This document shows positions 48,864 through 61,800 of a DNA stretch of 64,000 nt, one piece after another (the stretch's first letter is position 1; each line of letters starts with the position of its first letter). Source of the stretch: Trichodelitschia bisporula (taxonomy: Eukaryota); contig ML996694.1 in NCBI GenBank assembly GCA_010356995.1, positions 557,224 to 621,223 on the forward strand, read 5' to 3'. Both the position numbers and the translations under genes were made by a program. A model generated the notes under the pieces. It was not told the DNA's origin. It was given only the letters and a program-made list of their open reading frames with translations, and made no database searches.

Positions 48864-49904
48864 GGGTATCTTTGTTGCGCTGCGCTACGTAGCCAAAAGC
48901 CTTCGTTATCAGAGGGTGAAGCTTGCTGTGGCAGAGCTATCCGCGGTCGCACGTCATGCTTCCAGCTTAATTCCCAATGGCCGAGCTATAATTCAAACAT
49001 CATCATTGGTCCTCTTGTCGCCAAAGTGGAGCTCCCAGATGCAGCTCTCTGGGAGGTGGGGCCGACAAGCCATTCGCACATGGCGGTCTGTACGCTAAGG
49101 CAGCTCCCGCCATCTGAGACGCGAGGGTAACCCGGCATGTCGGATCCCAACCCCCAAACCCCGACCCCCAATGAGTATAGATGTGGTTGTTTTCATGGGT
49201 TTGGAGCGGAGAGCAGGGAATAAGAGGGTGCGACAGGTGAAGCGACAATCCCGACTGCTCCGGCATCCAGTCTCGAAAGCCATACCGCCCACGCAGCACA
49301 TGGACGAGCAGGCAGTTAGCCGGTTAATGCGTTGAGCAGCATGCTCCTCAACCATGCGCTCCGATTTCACCCTTGCAGGCGTTCAGCCCGGGCGCCACAT
49401 CTTCGACTCGATCGGCGCGGAGAGCCAGGGATGCAGTCTCCGGCTGCGGCGGCTTCGATACGCGCAAATCTGGACAAGCAATTGGATCCCGTTGCCGGCC
49501 TAGGCGAGGAGTAATCCGGGATTTGCGGCTGCGGCGCCCGGCTCATGCCGTGCGACCTCTCGTTTCCCCCAGCGCGGGCCAGTGGCCGTCGGCCAGTTCG
49601 TAGCACAGAGCTGCAGCATCTGGTGGTACAAACAGTACCTCGATGCAGTGTGCCGAGGAGCCAGGGAAGCCTAACCGTGTGAACGCAGCTCGGGTGAAGG
49701 TAGAACCCTGCTGGTGTTCGTCGCAGCCTTGCCACAACCGGTTGAGCTGCAGCAAGGCTATCGTCGTGTTTGCTTCGGTCGTTGAGATGGAGCAGAAATA
49801 TTCGGAGTTGGTAGTAGAATTGGATGATGGACAGATTACAATGGCTCTGGCAGCAACTTGATCCATTCCTTTTCGAGAATATGCTATGATCGTGAAGCTC
49901 CGTT

Positions 49905-49936
49905 GATCAAGAAAAGTGCCGATCAAGAAAAGTGCC
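49905..49936. repeat. Perfect 16-bp tandem duplication GATCAAGAAAAGTGCC x2
   Basis: Read directly. Confidence 0.9.
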
Positions 49937-51584
49937 GAATCTCGCCTGTTGGCGCATATGAACTCGACGGCGTCGTTCCGAGGCGGCGGTAACGCTACGG
50001 AGGGATCCCCTGCTTGCGGCGCGAGTCAGTGTCAAGATGCTGCTCCGAGCCGGCGGCGGAGCACGGACGATTGACCCCAGACCACATCGCTTCTCGACGC
50101 ATAACCAGATTGAATTAATGGTCCTACTCCCCGGTACCTGACAGTTGCTTTCGACATGCACAAAAGCTCCGGGGCGCTTTCTTTGCACATCCTGCCGGTC
50201 TTGGACGACACCGGCCTCCGGGGAGATAGGACGAAGCCGGAATTCTGTCCTGCACCCTTCAAACCCCCTCCAGTTTTGCGTTCGCTACCAGTGGATAGCC
50301 ACTGACTTGGTGCTTCATGCCGAGTCCATCCTCACATCTACTGGGCTCAGAAGGCCTCCGTGTGAGTATGACGGAATGGGATGCTCAATGGCCTCGGGCC
50401 GCAGTCGTCGCCCAAAGACTGCGGGGGCGCGTCACAGTCAGTAGGTGCCTAGATCTCGATGCTTACGTGTCGGTGAGTTGGGGGGAGGACGTTGTGTGGC
50501 CATTTGTTGTCAAATACCGTTTGACGGACATGGAGCTTATCTCGAGGCCTGCGTGCATTGCGTGAAGACATTCGTTGATGAGACGAGGCTTGTGAACGAG
50601 TGCGGGTAGAAACGGCCCAAGCGACCCCGAGCGGCTTCAAGTGCGGGGAGGGGGCGTGCCGTTCCGCGTCTGGAATGGGTGGGCGTAGAGAGTGTGGAGG
50701 GGTAAGGCGGAGGTGTGGTGTGGAGGGGCAAAATGTGGAAGGGGGAGGGGAGCTGGCAGAGCTGCTTTGAGTGGATGGCGCCATTCGGGCTCTGAACTCT
50801 CATCTCATCTCGAGCAAAGGAAAGCAGCAAATGCTGATGGTTGGACGACGGATGCCACCTTCTCTGTTCAACGCTGGAGTTAAGTTTAGATACTTTTCAT
50901 CATGAAGCCACGAAGCATACGCCAATATTCGGGGATTTACCGGACTAGGGTATGCGGCCTCCCAAGTCAAGAGACGGCTCGACGGGTGTGTTAGAGGATC
51001 AACTAGCGTTAGTACCTTCGCCTTTAAACCTGACTTTGTGATAAGGCTTGATTGATAGAGGACGTGGAGGTGTTGAAGTACAAACATTTAGGAGAGAGGT
51101 CGAGGTCGAAAGATGACAGGTAAGAGTAGGCTGATGTAATGGAGAAGAAGATCGAAAGGTTGTTTTTTTTCATCGACCTCGGTACGAGTAGGAGAGATGA
51201 GCCCAAAGGCAGAAAAACGGGACGCCCTCTCTCTGTCGTCCTTTCCCCATCCAGCGAGATGCCGGATCGTCATCGCCGCGAAGGCGGGAAGCTGCGATGA
51301 ACGGCGACCCAACCTGCCAGGGTCAAGATCCGTCAGCGCCTTCTCTATTCTCTATTATTTTCCGTCACCTCGAAGGTTCAGAGGCGGAAGGAACCATGAT
51401 TTGCAGCTTCCCTCATTCAGCCAACCAAGAAAGTGGCAACGGGTGCACAGCCGCGCCTTCCATCGGTTCAAGAGCAATATGGCTTGGCAGTGATGAAACT
51501 GCCCCACCTTTCCCCCCCCACCCCCCGAGGCGGGAAGGGACGAATGGATATTGCTCTTTTAGCCTCGCAGCTTTTATGCAGGTT

Positions 51585-51970
51585 TACAGTGGCTCTGCAG
51601 CTCTACAAGCAACTCTACAGTGGCTCTGCAGCTCTACAAGCAACTCTACAGTGGCTCTGCAGCTCTACAAGCAACTCTANNNNNNNNNNNNNNNNNNNNN
51701 NNNNNNNNNNNNNNNNNNNNNNNNNNNNNNNNNNNNNNNNNNNNNNNNNNNNNNNNNNNNNNNNNNNNNNNNNNNNNNNNNNNNNNNNNNNNNNNNNNNN
51801 NNNNNNNNNNNNNNNNNNNNNNNNNNNNNNNNNNNNNNNNNNNNNNNNNNNNNNNNNNNNNNNNNNNNNNNNNNNNNNNNNNNNNNNNNNNNNNNNNNNN
51901 NNNNNNNNNNNNNNNNNNNNNNNNNNNNNNNNNNNNNNNCCCCAGCTCCCCAGCTCCCCAGCTCCCCAGC
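51585..51970. repeat. 31-bp minisatellite (3 copies visible) running into a 260-N gap, followed by a (CCCCAGCT)n 8-mer array
   Basis: TACAGTGGCTCTGCAGCTCTACAAGCAACTC x3 from 51585; Ns at 51680-51939; 8-mer repeats at 51940-51970. Confidence 0.92.
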
Positions 51971-52863
51971 ATCCTCCCGCAGCTATTCCAACCAGTCAAG
52001 CACCAGCCAAACACTATTCCAGGTTGGGGCAAGCCAAGCTAGAACTAGCCACCCGATGCACCGTCTCTGTCCTACGTACCACAGTATATCCATCCTACCT
52101 TATCAGTTTGTTTCACGATAGACAAATGCACACAGGGGAGACTAACGCTCATTCTCTCGCCTCCACTTTCGCTTCTACTTCCGCTTTCACCTCCACTTCC
52201 ACTTCCCCTTCCCGCAATCTTGGGAACATCTGGCCGTGATCCGACGGTCTAGCCCATTTCCCCTCTCCCACTCATTCAGGCCCGCATCCTATCCACGCCC
52301 TCTCCTAGCACACCTCCCCCCCACAGACCCCCAATCTGGCCATCGGCCGTCCCGTCCCGTACTGGACGTTCAACAAATCCCCGTCCCCCTACCCACCACC
52401 AACCCATGATCCCCCCATGTCACCTCACATCGCCCTATGCACCACTACTACCTTCATCCCTTCTTTTGGGATGGTAGCGCTAAAGCTACGTCCCCCATGG
52501 ATATGCATGTTACAAGCTCGAATGATTCGTCTGGATACACTTGGAGGGGCGTAAACGGACATCGTCTGTGTGATGCCATTATCTCGCCCCGAGATGCATG
52601 CTGGCGTCAAGAGTCCGTGTAAGCCGTACCTCCTAGCCCCGTTGCACATCGCCCTCTTCCAGACTTACCAGCCTATTTAGCCCCCCGCGCCCTTCCGTGG
52701 GGGGAGAGGACAGGCCGGAGACGTCGAAATCAACCACAAACCATTCCCTTCTTCTTCATCATCATCCCAATTTTTCGTACTCATATCTCCCATATCTTCA
52801 TATCTCACATCATTCCCGCCCCCTTGCCCCAATAGTACAACTCTACTTTGGTACGCTATAGAC

Positions 52864-54343
52864 ATGGCACCCTCGGCCTTGTCTGTCCTATTTGGCCCAA
52901 CCCCAGTGCGGGAACACCATCCTTCTCCGTCGAAGCATGCCGTAGTTGTCCAGGCATCTGTCCTGACGGGACCAAAGCAATTACATGTGGTATGTCATAC
53001 ACCTTCCCCCCATACCAAGCTGCTGCAAAGTGCGTGAGGTCCGCCCCATGCTCCCTTGGGTATTATTGGCTATCCCGGCAAGGCTACCTCAATGTCACCC
53101 CATACACTCCCACCTCCACACCCCCCCATCCTTGCTGACCGTCCCAACTAGGAAAATAGACTCGTACCCGATCCTGCATTCGGCGAACTTCAGATCTCTA
53201 TCAAAGCCACCGGCATATGCGGCAGTGATGTCTCTTACTACAAGAAATTCCGCAATGGCGACCTGCAGGCTGTTCAACCGCTAACCCTGGGCCACGAGTC
53301 GGCCGGTGTGGTCGAGGCCATTGGCGAGGGCGTGACGGGCTTCCGCATTGGTGACCGGGTTGCTCTTGAGGTGGGCGTGCCATGCGACGATTGCCGCTCG
53401 TGTCAGCGTGGTCGTTACAATCTCTGCCCCAAGATGCGCTTCCGCAGCAGTGCCAAGTCTGTACCGCACTTCCAAGGCACGCTCCAGGAGAAGCTGAACC
53501 ACCCCGCAAAGTGGTGTTATCGGTACGGAGAATTTTCCTTTATAGCGATCCAGGACAAGACACTAACGGCAATGCAGCATCCCCGGCAACGTCAGCAACG
53601 AGGCGGCGGCGCTGCTGGAACCGCTGTCCGTGGCCATCCACTCCACGAGGCGTGCATCCATCGAACCCGGAGACACGGTCGTGGTGTTCGGCGCCGGGAC
53701 CGTGGGCCTGCTTGTGGCGGCCATGGCCCAGCTGTGTGGTGCAGCCAATGTGATCATCGCCGACATTGACGCAGGCCGGGTTCAGTACGCCCTCGAGAAC
53801 CGATTCGCGACCAAGGGCGTCGTTGTACCGATCCTGACCCCGGGCAAAGACGCTGCAGACAAGCTGCAGAGCGCCAAAGTGCTGGCGTCCGAAGTCCTTG
53901 GCGAGGCGGGGGCGGAGGAGGAGGATTTCGAGGGCTGCGAAGTGACGTTCGAATGCACCGGCAAGGAGATATGCATGCAGGCCGGCCTCTATGTAAGTCG
54001 TCACCCTAGTGCCCGAATCGACCCGGTCATTAGCTCACACCCATTCCCCCAGGCAACGCGTCCGGGAGGTCAGCTCATCATGGTGGGCATGGGTACGCCC
54101 ATACAGACGCTCCAGATGTCGGCGGCACACCTCAAGGAGGTTGACATAATCGGAATCTTCCGGTATTGTAATACGTATCCGACGGGCATCAAGCTCCTGT
54201 CATCTGGGGTGCTCCCTAGCCTCGACCACATGGTCACCCACCGGTTCAAGGGGCTTGGGTCGGCCAAAGAGGCGTTCGAGACAGCGAGTAGAACGACAGA
54301 TAGAGACGGGAACCTGGTCCTGAAGGTGCTGATTGAGACGTGA
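52864..54343 (+). CDS. Zn-dependent MDR polyol (sorbitol/xylitol-type) dehydrogenase
   Basis: ATGICGSD, LGHESAG, structural-Zn CDDCRSCQRGRYNLC, LEPLSVAIH, FGAGTVG, GIFRYCNTYP; introns 52990-53151, 53523-53577 and 53993-54052. Confidence 0.93.
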
Positions 54344-55234
54344 GCTCATTAAGGTAATGGGACAGAGGCGGGTAATGAACGGACTGCTGCATGCGGGATA
54401 GAAGGGCCGGGTCTAAGAAGGGTTTTGGCGTTCCGATTGCTTTTTTGTTTGAAGCACAAGCTGCTCGTTACGATTTTCCTTTGGTCATAGGGCTTTGCCG
54501 CCGCCTGTACTTCCTCTACGTACACTTTCTAGATTCTATTTTATTGGAGAAGCTTCGCTCTGCGTCCTTTGCTGTGATGGCCATACGGCCCGACGTGCCG
54601 CAGTGTAGTGCAGACCTAGCCAATCAGCAAGTGTATGATGCTCGTGTGTACGGAGTAGGAGAGTCCGATTGCTCCCGCAAGGTACCGCAGTGCTCGGCGT
54701 GTCGACCCGATTCATTGACAGACAGCAGAGTGCACGTGGTAAAGACAATGCAGAACCATGTGTGGCGTGAAGGTTTGACGCCGCCAGTGTTCCCTAATCA
54801 ACCCACGTATGGGACTCTTATGTAAGTAGAGTCTTGAAGAAGGTGGAGAGAGTTCGAAGTATGTCGTCCATTTAAGCGGCGCGCCATGTCTTCTCCACGG
54901 CGCCGCCCCCTCAGGGTGGGCACGGGGCGTAGAGTGGTGTCTGTCGCGTCTCCGGATGGCCAGACGCGTTCGGAGCGGATCATCTTGACACCCAAGGCTG
55001 CAAGGGTACCGCACGGCTTCCTCCCCCACATTTGATGTACCGTACAGTACACGCGGTACAGTAAACCACGACCTTTTGAGCCCTACCCCTCCACTCTGTT
55101 GTCCACTGCAAACACCTCGCGCTCTTCAACTCCCCGGAGCGCATCGTGTTTGCTGCTATACCTCCCTCCGGCCTCCATCTTCGCCAACTATCACTTCCTC
55201 GTCCTCGTAGCTCGTTTGCACCTCCGTCATCACA

Positions 55235-56518
55235 ATGGCGGCCCCCGCGCCGCCAAACCCGCTCCTCACGAGCTCTACCGCCGACTCCAGCCCGGCGGTG
55301 CAGCTTCACCCGCTCGTCATCTTGAACATATCGGATTACATCACGCGTCACAAGTTGCGTGGACAGAAGGGTCCGCTTGTCGGTGCGATTCTCGGCCTGC
55401 AGAATGGACGCGAGATCACCATGGAGGTGCCGTTCGACTGCAAATACGTGGAGCGTGAAGACGGGTCGATATTGCTGGACGAAGTCTTCTTCAAGGAGCG
55501 GCTGGAGCAATGTGAGTCTTTGCACTTTGCTAAGCTTTGGAAACCAACCCTCTGCAGACCAGACCGTCTTCAAGTCCCCCCAGCTGGAGCTTGTCGGCTG
55601 GTTCACGACCGGTCAGCCCTCGGGCCCGGAACAGCGCCACCTTCCCATCCAGCTGCAGCTGCAGACCGATCTAGGCTACGAATCGGCCATGCTCCTGCTC
55701 TTTCACATCGCCCTTGCTTCGCAGACCGCCGAAGCCGGTGGCAAGCTTCCGCTTACCCTCTACGAGACCATCTGGACCAATGAGGGCAGCATGGACATTG
55801 AGGGGCCAGAGCGCAATCAACCACTACGCTTTCGTGAGGTGCCACACACGGTCGAAGCTAGTGATGCCGAGATGATCGCTGTGGACTTCGTTGCACGTGG
55901 TGGGGGGAATGCCACGGCCGTGGAGTCCGAGACGACCTCAGCGGAGACGAAGTCTAATGAGAATGGCAAGGGCAAGGGTAAGGCAAAGGTGGAAGGCACA
56001 GAGGAGAAAGATGAGTTATATCTCAATCACGAGGAGGAAGAGCGTAAGTCCAGGCTCCCGGCTGCCTTCGCCTCGCTAACGAACCAGACATTGCCGGCCT
56101 CCAAGCCAAAGCCAATGCCGTGCGCATGCTTCAAACCCGAATCGACCTCCTCCTATCCTACCTCTCCTCTCAGCCCCCCTCGTACCTCGATGACGCCACC
56201 ACGCCCATGAGCGCCGAACCCCCACCCAACCACGAAATTCTCCGCTCGATCAATGCCCTCGTCGCCCGCCTCCCCCACCTCTCGGCCGCCAATAGCATCG
56301 TGCTCGAGCGCGAAATAAAGGAAGCAAAGACGGATGCACAGCTCTTGGAGCTCATCGCCACCTTGACGGACGTGCTACCTGACATTCGCGAGCTGGGCCA
56401 GCACTGGGCACAGGCGCAGGCACGCACGGCGCCGGTGCCGACCCTCGGGACCCTGAGGGTGGACAAGCGCGAGTTTGGTGAAGGTGAGGCGATCGAAGCG
56501 GGTGGGCCGTTGCGTTAG
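55235..56518 (+). CDS. CSN6: COP9 signalosome subunit 6 (MPN-minus)
   Basis: VQLHPLVILNISDYITR, VGAILG, LELVGWF, EMIAVDFVARGGGNA, KANAVRML; introns 55512-55557 and ~56045-56087. Confidence 0.9.
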
Positions 56519-56967
56519 CTCGCAGGTTTGCAAGCTTTGTCATCGTGTCCCGCTGGCCTTGTTATCGTCTCTAACTGACCTTTTCATTGTGTCTGACGGG
56601 CTTCTAGGGGAGCTGACACTTGCAGAGTTGCTAGGGTTTCCTCATGCCAAGAAACGCGCAGCAAATTAGCCTTCGTATATGGGTGGCGTCCTCGCCTTTA
56701 TGTCTGAAGGGGTGCCAGAACGAGAGTGAGATTGAGTCTCCTCGACGCCGGTTGTTGCGGGGATGGGGACGGAGGACTGGACAGCTGCATTGCTCAGGGA
56801 CAGGGTTCGATCTGAGAACTTTTGGTGGCGTACGGCATGAGAGGGACGGGCAGTAGAAGAATCAGACATATTCAGCATACGTCCAATCCGAGGTGGCATG
56901 AGACCACGCAAGTGTCCCTTTAACGTCTAGCCATACAGCCCCGTCTAACCTAGGTATCAATCGTCAT

Positions 56968-58260
56968 CTAGGTATCCTTAACCCAACTCCCATCCTCCAT
57001 CCTCCCCTCCTGTCTCGCCCCTTCAAGCTTATACGTCTCCCAAGCACCACTTTTGGGATCCTCCTCCGGCCACCCCCTACTCCGCCTAAGCTTAAGCACC
57101 TCCTCCCTCACCCTTGCTGCAACCTCAGCCCGCAGCTCCCGCGCCTCATCCCCATCCCTCAACCCCTCTGTCCACGCCTCGCTCCACTCCTCCCTCGGGA
57201 TCCGGGCAGCACTCAACTCCCTCTCCTTCAATTTTTCCCACCGCGCCCGGAACCCGGACCAAACCCCCTCATCCACCACGTCCCCAAACACAATCTCCAC
57301 ATCCGCCCCAGGCCGGGGTAGCCACCTCGGCCACTCCCTATTCTCAGGCATAACATGTTGTAACCCGTCCACCCAAACGGGCACAACGGCGGGACAAGGC
57401 GTAGCCTCGAGAATCAGCCTAGCGATGCCCCATTTGAAATACCGCATCGCGTGGCTCGGGTGCTGGTGCACCTTGCCCTCGGGGAAGATATGGATCCAGG
57501 CGTGGCGCGCTGACGACCGGGCCGATGGCGCGGGGTGCACATCCTCTCCCGTCGTTGTATATGTCGTGCATGGGTCGTCGCTAAAAGGGCAGGGCGGCGC
57601 GGGCCAGGCTGGGTGCGGCGGCGTGGGCGCGGTGAAGGGCCCGGGGCTGAGGAGGCGCACGCACTGCGTTATGGTCGGTTGGAAGGGGGAGGCGTGCGGA
57701 GAGTAGGCGCCGCGGTGGGTGGGGAGGACTTGGCCGAGGTGGAAGAAGCGGGTGAGGGGTCTGGGGCGGGTTAGGAGGGGTGGAGGGTGTGGAGAAGGCG
57801 AGGCTCACTTGCTCTGGAAGCAGATGTCGTAGCTGCCGAGGGACCAGCGCGTGTTCTTCGGGTCGCAAAGGTAGCGTAGGGGGAGTACGCCCCATATTAC
57901 TGGGTCGTCGAGTCTATGCCGTCAGTCGGCGCATGGCTGCGAGGAGGGCAGCACCTACACGCTGACATGGTTCGAAACTACACCCATTAGCCGTCGCCCA
58001 CAACCCACTCATCCCCACCGCGCACCAGTAATCAATCCCCTCTCCCTCTTCTCCACATCCCTCCTTGAATCCAACAATTCCACAAACCGCTCCAACCCAA
58101 CAACCTGCGTGCGCGCACCGAGCGCAAGGAACGTCTTAGAAGCAAGGCCCGTGAGCGCCATGAGCGACGCCGACGCCGTGTTCCACATTGGGCCTGGGAG
58201 CGGGAGAGGAGGAGGAGGAGGAAGAGGGGCGCCGGGGGAGGCGCCGCTGGCCGGGGGCAT
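56968..58260 (-). CDS. TAZ1: Tafazzin (cardiolipin transacylase)
   Basis: RGLIT|VSNHVSV|LDDPVIWG, RWSLGSYDICF, WIHIFPEGKVHQ, YFKWGIARLILE; includes a 19-nt micro-exon at 57959-57977. Confidence 0.94.
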
Positions 58261-58693
58261 TTTGAGGTTGCGGTGCTGGAAAGTATTTGATGCCCTGGCT
58301 GGGCGGGTTGCATACAAAGTTCCTGGTTGGGGTTAGCGTTGTTGGGATGGGTCAGGTGATTGCGCGCGGCCGGGGGTGGGTCAGCCTTGTGGGTGGGGAG
58401 GGGGAGGGGGTACTGAGGAGACAACTATGAGCCCTTCTGGTCACAGCAATCCCGCGCTTAAATCATGCATCACGCTAAATAGTAATAGTACTCCAGAGAC
58501 TGTTACGAGCTATGAAGTGCTATTGAGTACACGCATTTAGCGTCATGAATGTATGAACCATGGGTCCAGACCGCCCGACCACCAAAAATAAGAAATGGTA
58601 CCTGCAACGCCGCATACAGCATCCACTTCGTATCAACAAGCCTCAGTTCCGCAAGAGTGGCAGAAAGCGAGCGGCAAAGTAACAGCTAGGCAC

Positions 58694-60515
58694 CTACTCC
58701 CCTCCGAACCGCAAAACTCCCTCCACGGTGCCAAAGACACGCAACCTGTTTCCGTAATCAGACCAGAAGACGTCATCCAAAGGGGGCATGAGCGGCAGTG
58801 CGGGGATTGAGGACACTTCTGATGCCGAGAGGGCGTAGTCTATGGCTGTCCACACATAATCCTCGCTTGCGGTTTCCGCCTCTTGCTCTTCGTTCGCGGG
58901 GACTTCATCCTCCTCCTGTGAAGTCTCGTCGTCGTCCCCTAGCTCGCCTAGGACGTCGAACATCGTTTCGTGCGCAAAGCGGCTCGGTCCCGCGGGCGGG
59001 GAAATGACTTGCGGGGCGGGTAGCCAGTCCCGGTACCTAGTCGGCGACTCGGTTTGGGACTCGGTCAGCGGTTCGGTTTGGGAATCGGTCACCGTCTCGG
59101 CATCGGACTCGGGTCCCGGGTCAGCGCCCAACTCGGCTGATAGAAGAATGGCGATCTCTGCGGTCACGGAGCTGTCGTAGCCTGCTTCGTGTGCGTAGGC
59201 ACGGCGGCGGTACTTCTTAAACGCGCTGTCGAGTACTGCTTTGTCAGCGGTGCTGAGAACCGGGGAGGAGGGTACGGACCAATAGTTGGGATCTTATTTG
59301 ATTTGAGCGAAGCCATCACTTGATCGAGCGAGGAAGCGCCGTTAGTACTGTTCGGGCTCCTCTCGACGGCCGTCGCCATGAACTTTGTGTCGATGATCAG
59401 CGGGAACAGCTTGTGGATGGTGGCTTGGAAGGCTTCAACTGAGTCTGGGAGTGGGCCTAGAAGGGCTAGCAGGTACACCAGATCGAAGAGCATGTTGTGC
59501 CCGACGAGGACGGTCCTCCGGTTCTTCAAGTTATCGAGAGATTTGCGCGTTGCGGCCAAGTAGGTCATTACGTTGTCGACACCCGGCTCGTACGCTCTTA
59601 TCGTTTCCATGGCGTACTGCCTTATGTCCATGTGGCTCAAATCACCACCGACCATCGCCTCGAGGATCCAGCGGAAGCCTACAGCCTTAGAGATCTCCGC
59701 GCTATGCTGCCGCACTCTGAGAGAGTCGAGACTCTCAGCCTCGATATTCGACTTGAGCTTGACGAAAATCGCACCATTCTCACTCCCGGTCTTGAGAGTG
59801 GGATACTCGTTTCTCACGGTTTCATGAACAAGGGCACGGTGGTAAGTGGTCAGCGTCGAGGAGCCCGTGCTATCAGCAGTCGTGTCCTTGAGGTTGGACT
59901 AAGGCCGTTAGCTGGACGTCATGCCGCCGCAGGGCAACTTACAATGCAAAGGCTTTCCGAGTCATCATGAACACCCTTGGCTATCCATTCGTTGATTTTT
60001 GCGCGCAAATGGTCCACTAGGGTCAGCGCGTCGTAATCATCTTCCGCAATTTTGAGGTCCATGCGAGTAGGGGGGGTGTTAGCCAAGTCGCGAGTCTGAT
60101 TTTTCTCCTCGCGCGACAAACATGATACGCCAACCTCTAAACACTTGTCGAACTCGAATCCATGCCTTTTCAAGAACTGGACACAGCGGCTCTGGAAAAA
60201 AAAGGTTCGGTCGATGCCCAGGCTGTTCTCAAACGAAGGGTTCAAGGTTATGTTGTACGGGCGCACATGATACTTCTTGCCATTGGTATCCTGGATGACG
60301 CAAATGAGGCCGACTTGTAGGGTCGCGTACTTTTCTGCCGCTTGCTTGGCCTCTGTGTAGAGCTCCTGCAGAGTCCTCGTCTTGCGTCTGTCGCCGGGCT
60401 GCGGATTCGGCTGGATGCCCGACATCTCGAGGTCCACCGCCACGAAGTGTGCACTGGCAATATCGTTTATGATTTCGAGCACACGCCCGCCGAAGTTTGC
60501 CGTTGTGATATCCAT
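58694..60515 (-). CDS. CAF1-family DEDDh ribonuclease (PARN-like)
   Basis: FVAVDLEMSG, R3H-like YHRALVHETV, LVGHNMLFDL, IIDTKFMAT, HEAGYDS; introns ~59900-59942 and ~59237-59279. Confidence 0.9.
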
Positions 60516-61179
60516 GACGAGGTGCTTAGAAAATGCTCTGAGAACGCAGTTCAGTTGCTGAGAATGGCAGCGAATGATTCTGGATTGTAGTAGATAGGTT
60601 GATGAACCGATGGGGAAGATGCTTTGCTATCGAAAGCTGGCAGTATGGTGAGGGAGTGTAGCAAACTTCCATGGCAAGCCCCGAGGAAGGAGCTCGATGA
60701 GTGAACGTGGCAAGAGAAGGCAGCAAAGTTATGCTCTGGGTCCTTCTCGGTGATGGCGCCGCCGGGGAGATATGGGGAGAGAAGTCAGCAATGCTGCAGG
60801 TATGCTACGGCCATGCTTTGAAGCGAGTGCGGCTTTAAAGAGACTCAGTGGTATCTCCTGAATTGCTCTATACGGTTCATTGTGCCAGGCCTTGAGAGTC
60901 GTGACAGTTTATGGAGTGTTGGGCAGTCAGAAAATTTACGGCATGTGACTGAGAAGAGAAGAAGCTGTGATGCAATCGCGACGGAAACGCGATGCTCGAA
61001 CAAACAGCAGGATGCGCAGCAACATAGTAAGCTGCATAACATACTCCGAGCAACCTCTACTGTGCAGTTATTAAATATGTGACTGGAATTTACAGGAGAC
61101 CTGTTCAGAGTCGGGAGCATCCATAAGGATATATCATGCCAGCATTGTACATACGGGATTGAAGGTGTACGTTGTGGAC

Positions 61180-61402
61180 GCGCGTCGGTGATGTCGTTTG
61201 ACTCGCTGGCAGATCCCCGGGGTCGATCGCTTCATGTGGATAAGGTATCAAGTCAAAGGTGTACAGATGTATATAGGAAGCAAGCAGCGGCGGGAGCGTC
61301 ACTGCTGGTGTCGGTGTTGTTGTTATGTACGGATGTATGGCGCGCGTCAGTGATGTCGTTTTGACTCGTTGGCAAATCCCGGAGCCGATCGCTTCATGTG
61401 GA
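61180..61402. repeat. Imperfect ~61-bp direct repeat pair in the divergent PARN-like/PEX26 intergenic region
   Basis: 61180-61240 and 61342-61402: gcgcgtc.gtgatgtcgttt(t)gactcg.tggca.atccc..g.cgatcgcttcatgtgga. Confidence 0.9.
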
Positions 61403-61800
61403 AAAGGCCAGCCGAGGTCCTGAATTGGCTTGACTCTTGGCAACCGTCGGAGACACACCGCGTGAGACGCAGAGCACGAAGGTCGCCAACTTCATCATTC
61501 CTCTTCCTGCACATCAACCCAAACTCTACCAACGAGATACGAACACAACTTTTCCTCTCCACTCTTCCCCTCTCCTCCCTTCTCTTTCCTCCCTTCTCTT
61601 TCCTCCCTTCCTACCCCACCTACCCCTAGCTAAGAATGCCGCAAGTCCAACCTCGCCAGTATCAACATTCCACCATCCCCGCGTCGTCTTGAATCCCTGA
61701 ACATATCACCCTCCATCCTATCCCATCTCACGGCCCCCTCCCTTGAGCCAACACCCGAATATCTTCTGGCACATCTTCATATCTTCTGGTCGACCCCGCC

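Noticed and set aside
50085..50100. ATCGCTTCTCG resembling the U2 snRNA 5' end
   Set aside because: The match stops after 11 nt; no GUAGUA branch-pairing region or Sm site follows.
51585..51679. 31-bp repeats as a CRISPR array
   Set aside because: Head-to-tail copies with no spacers, eukaryotic context and no cas genes.
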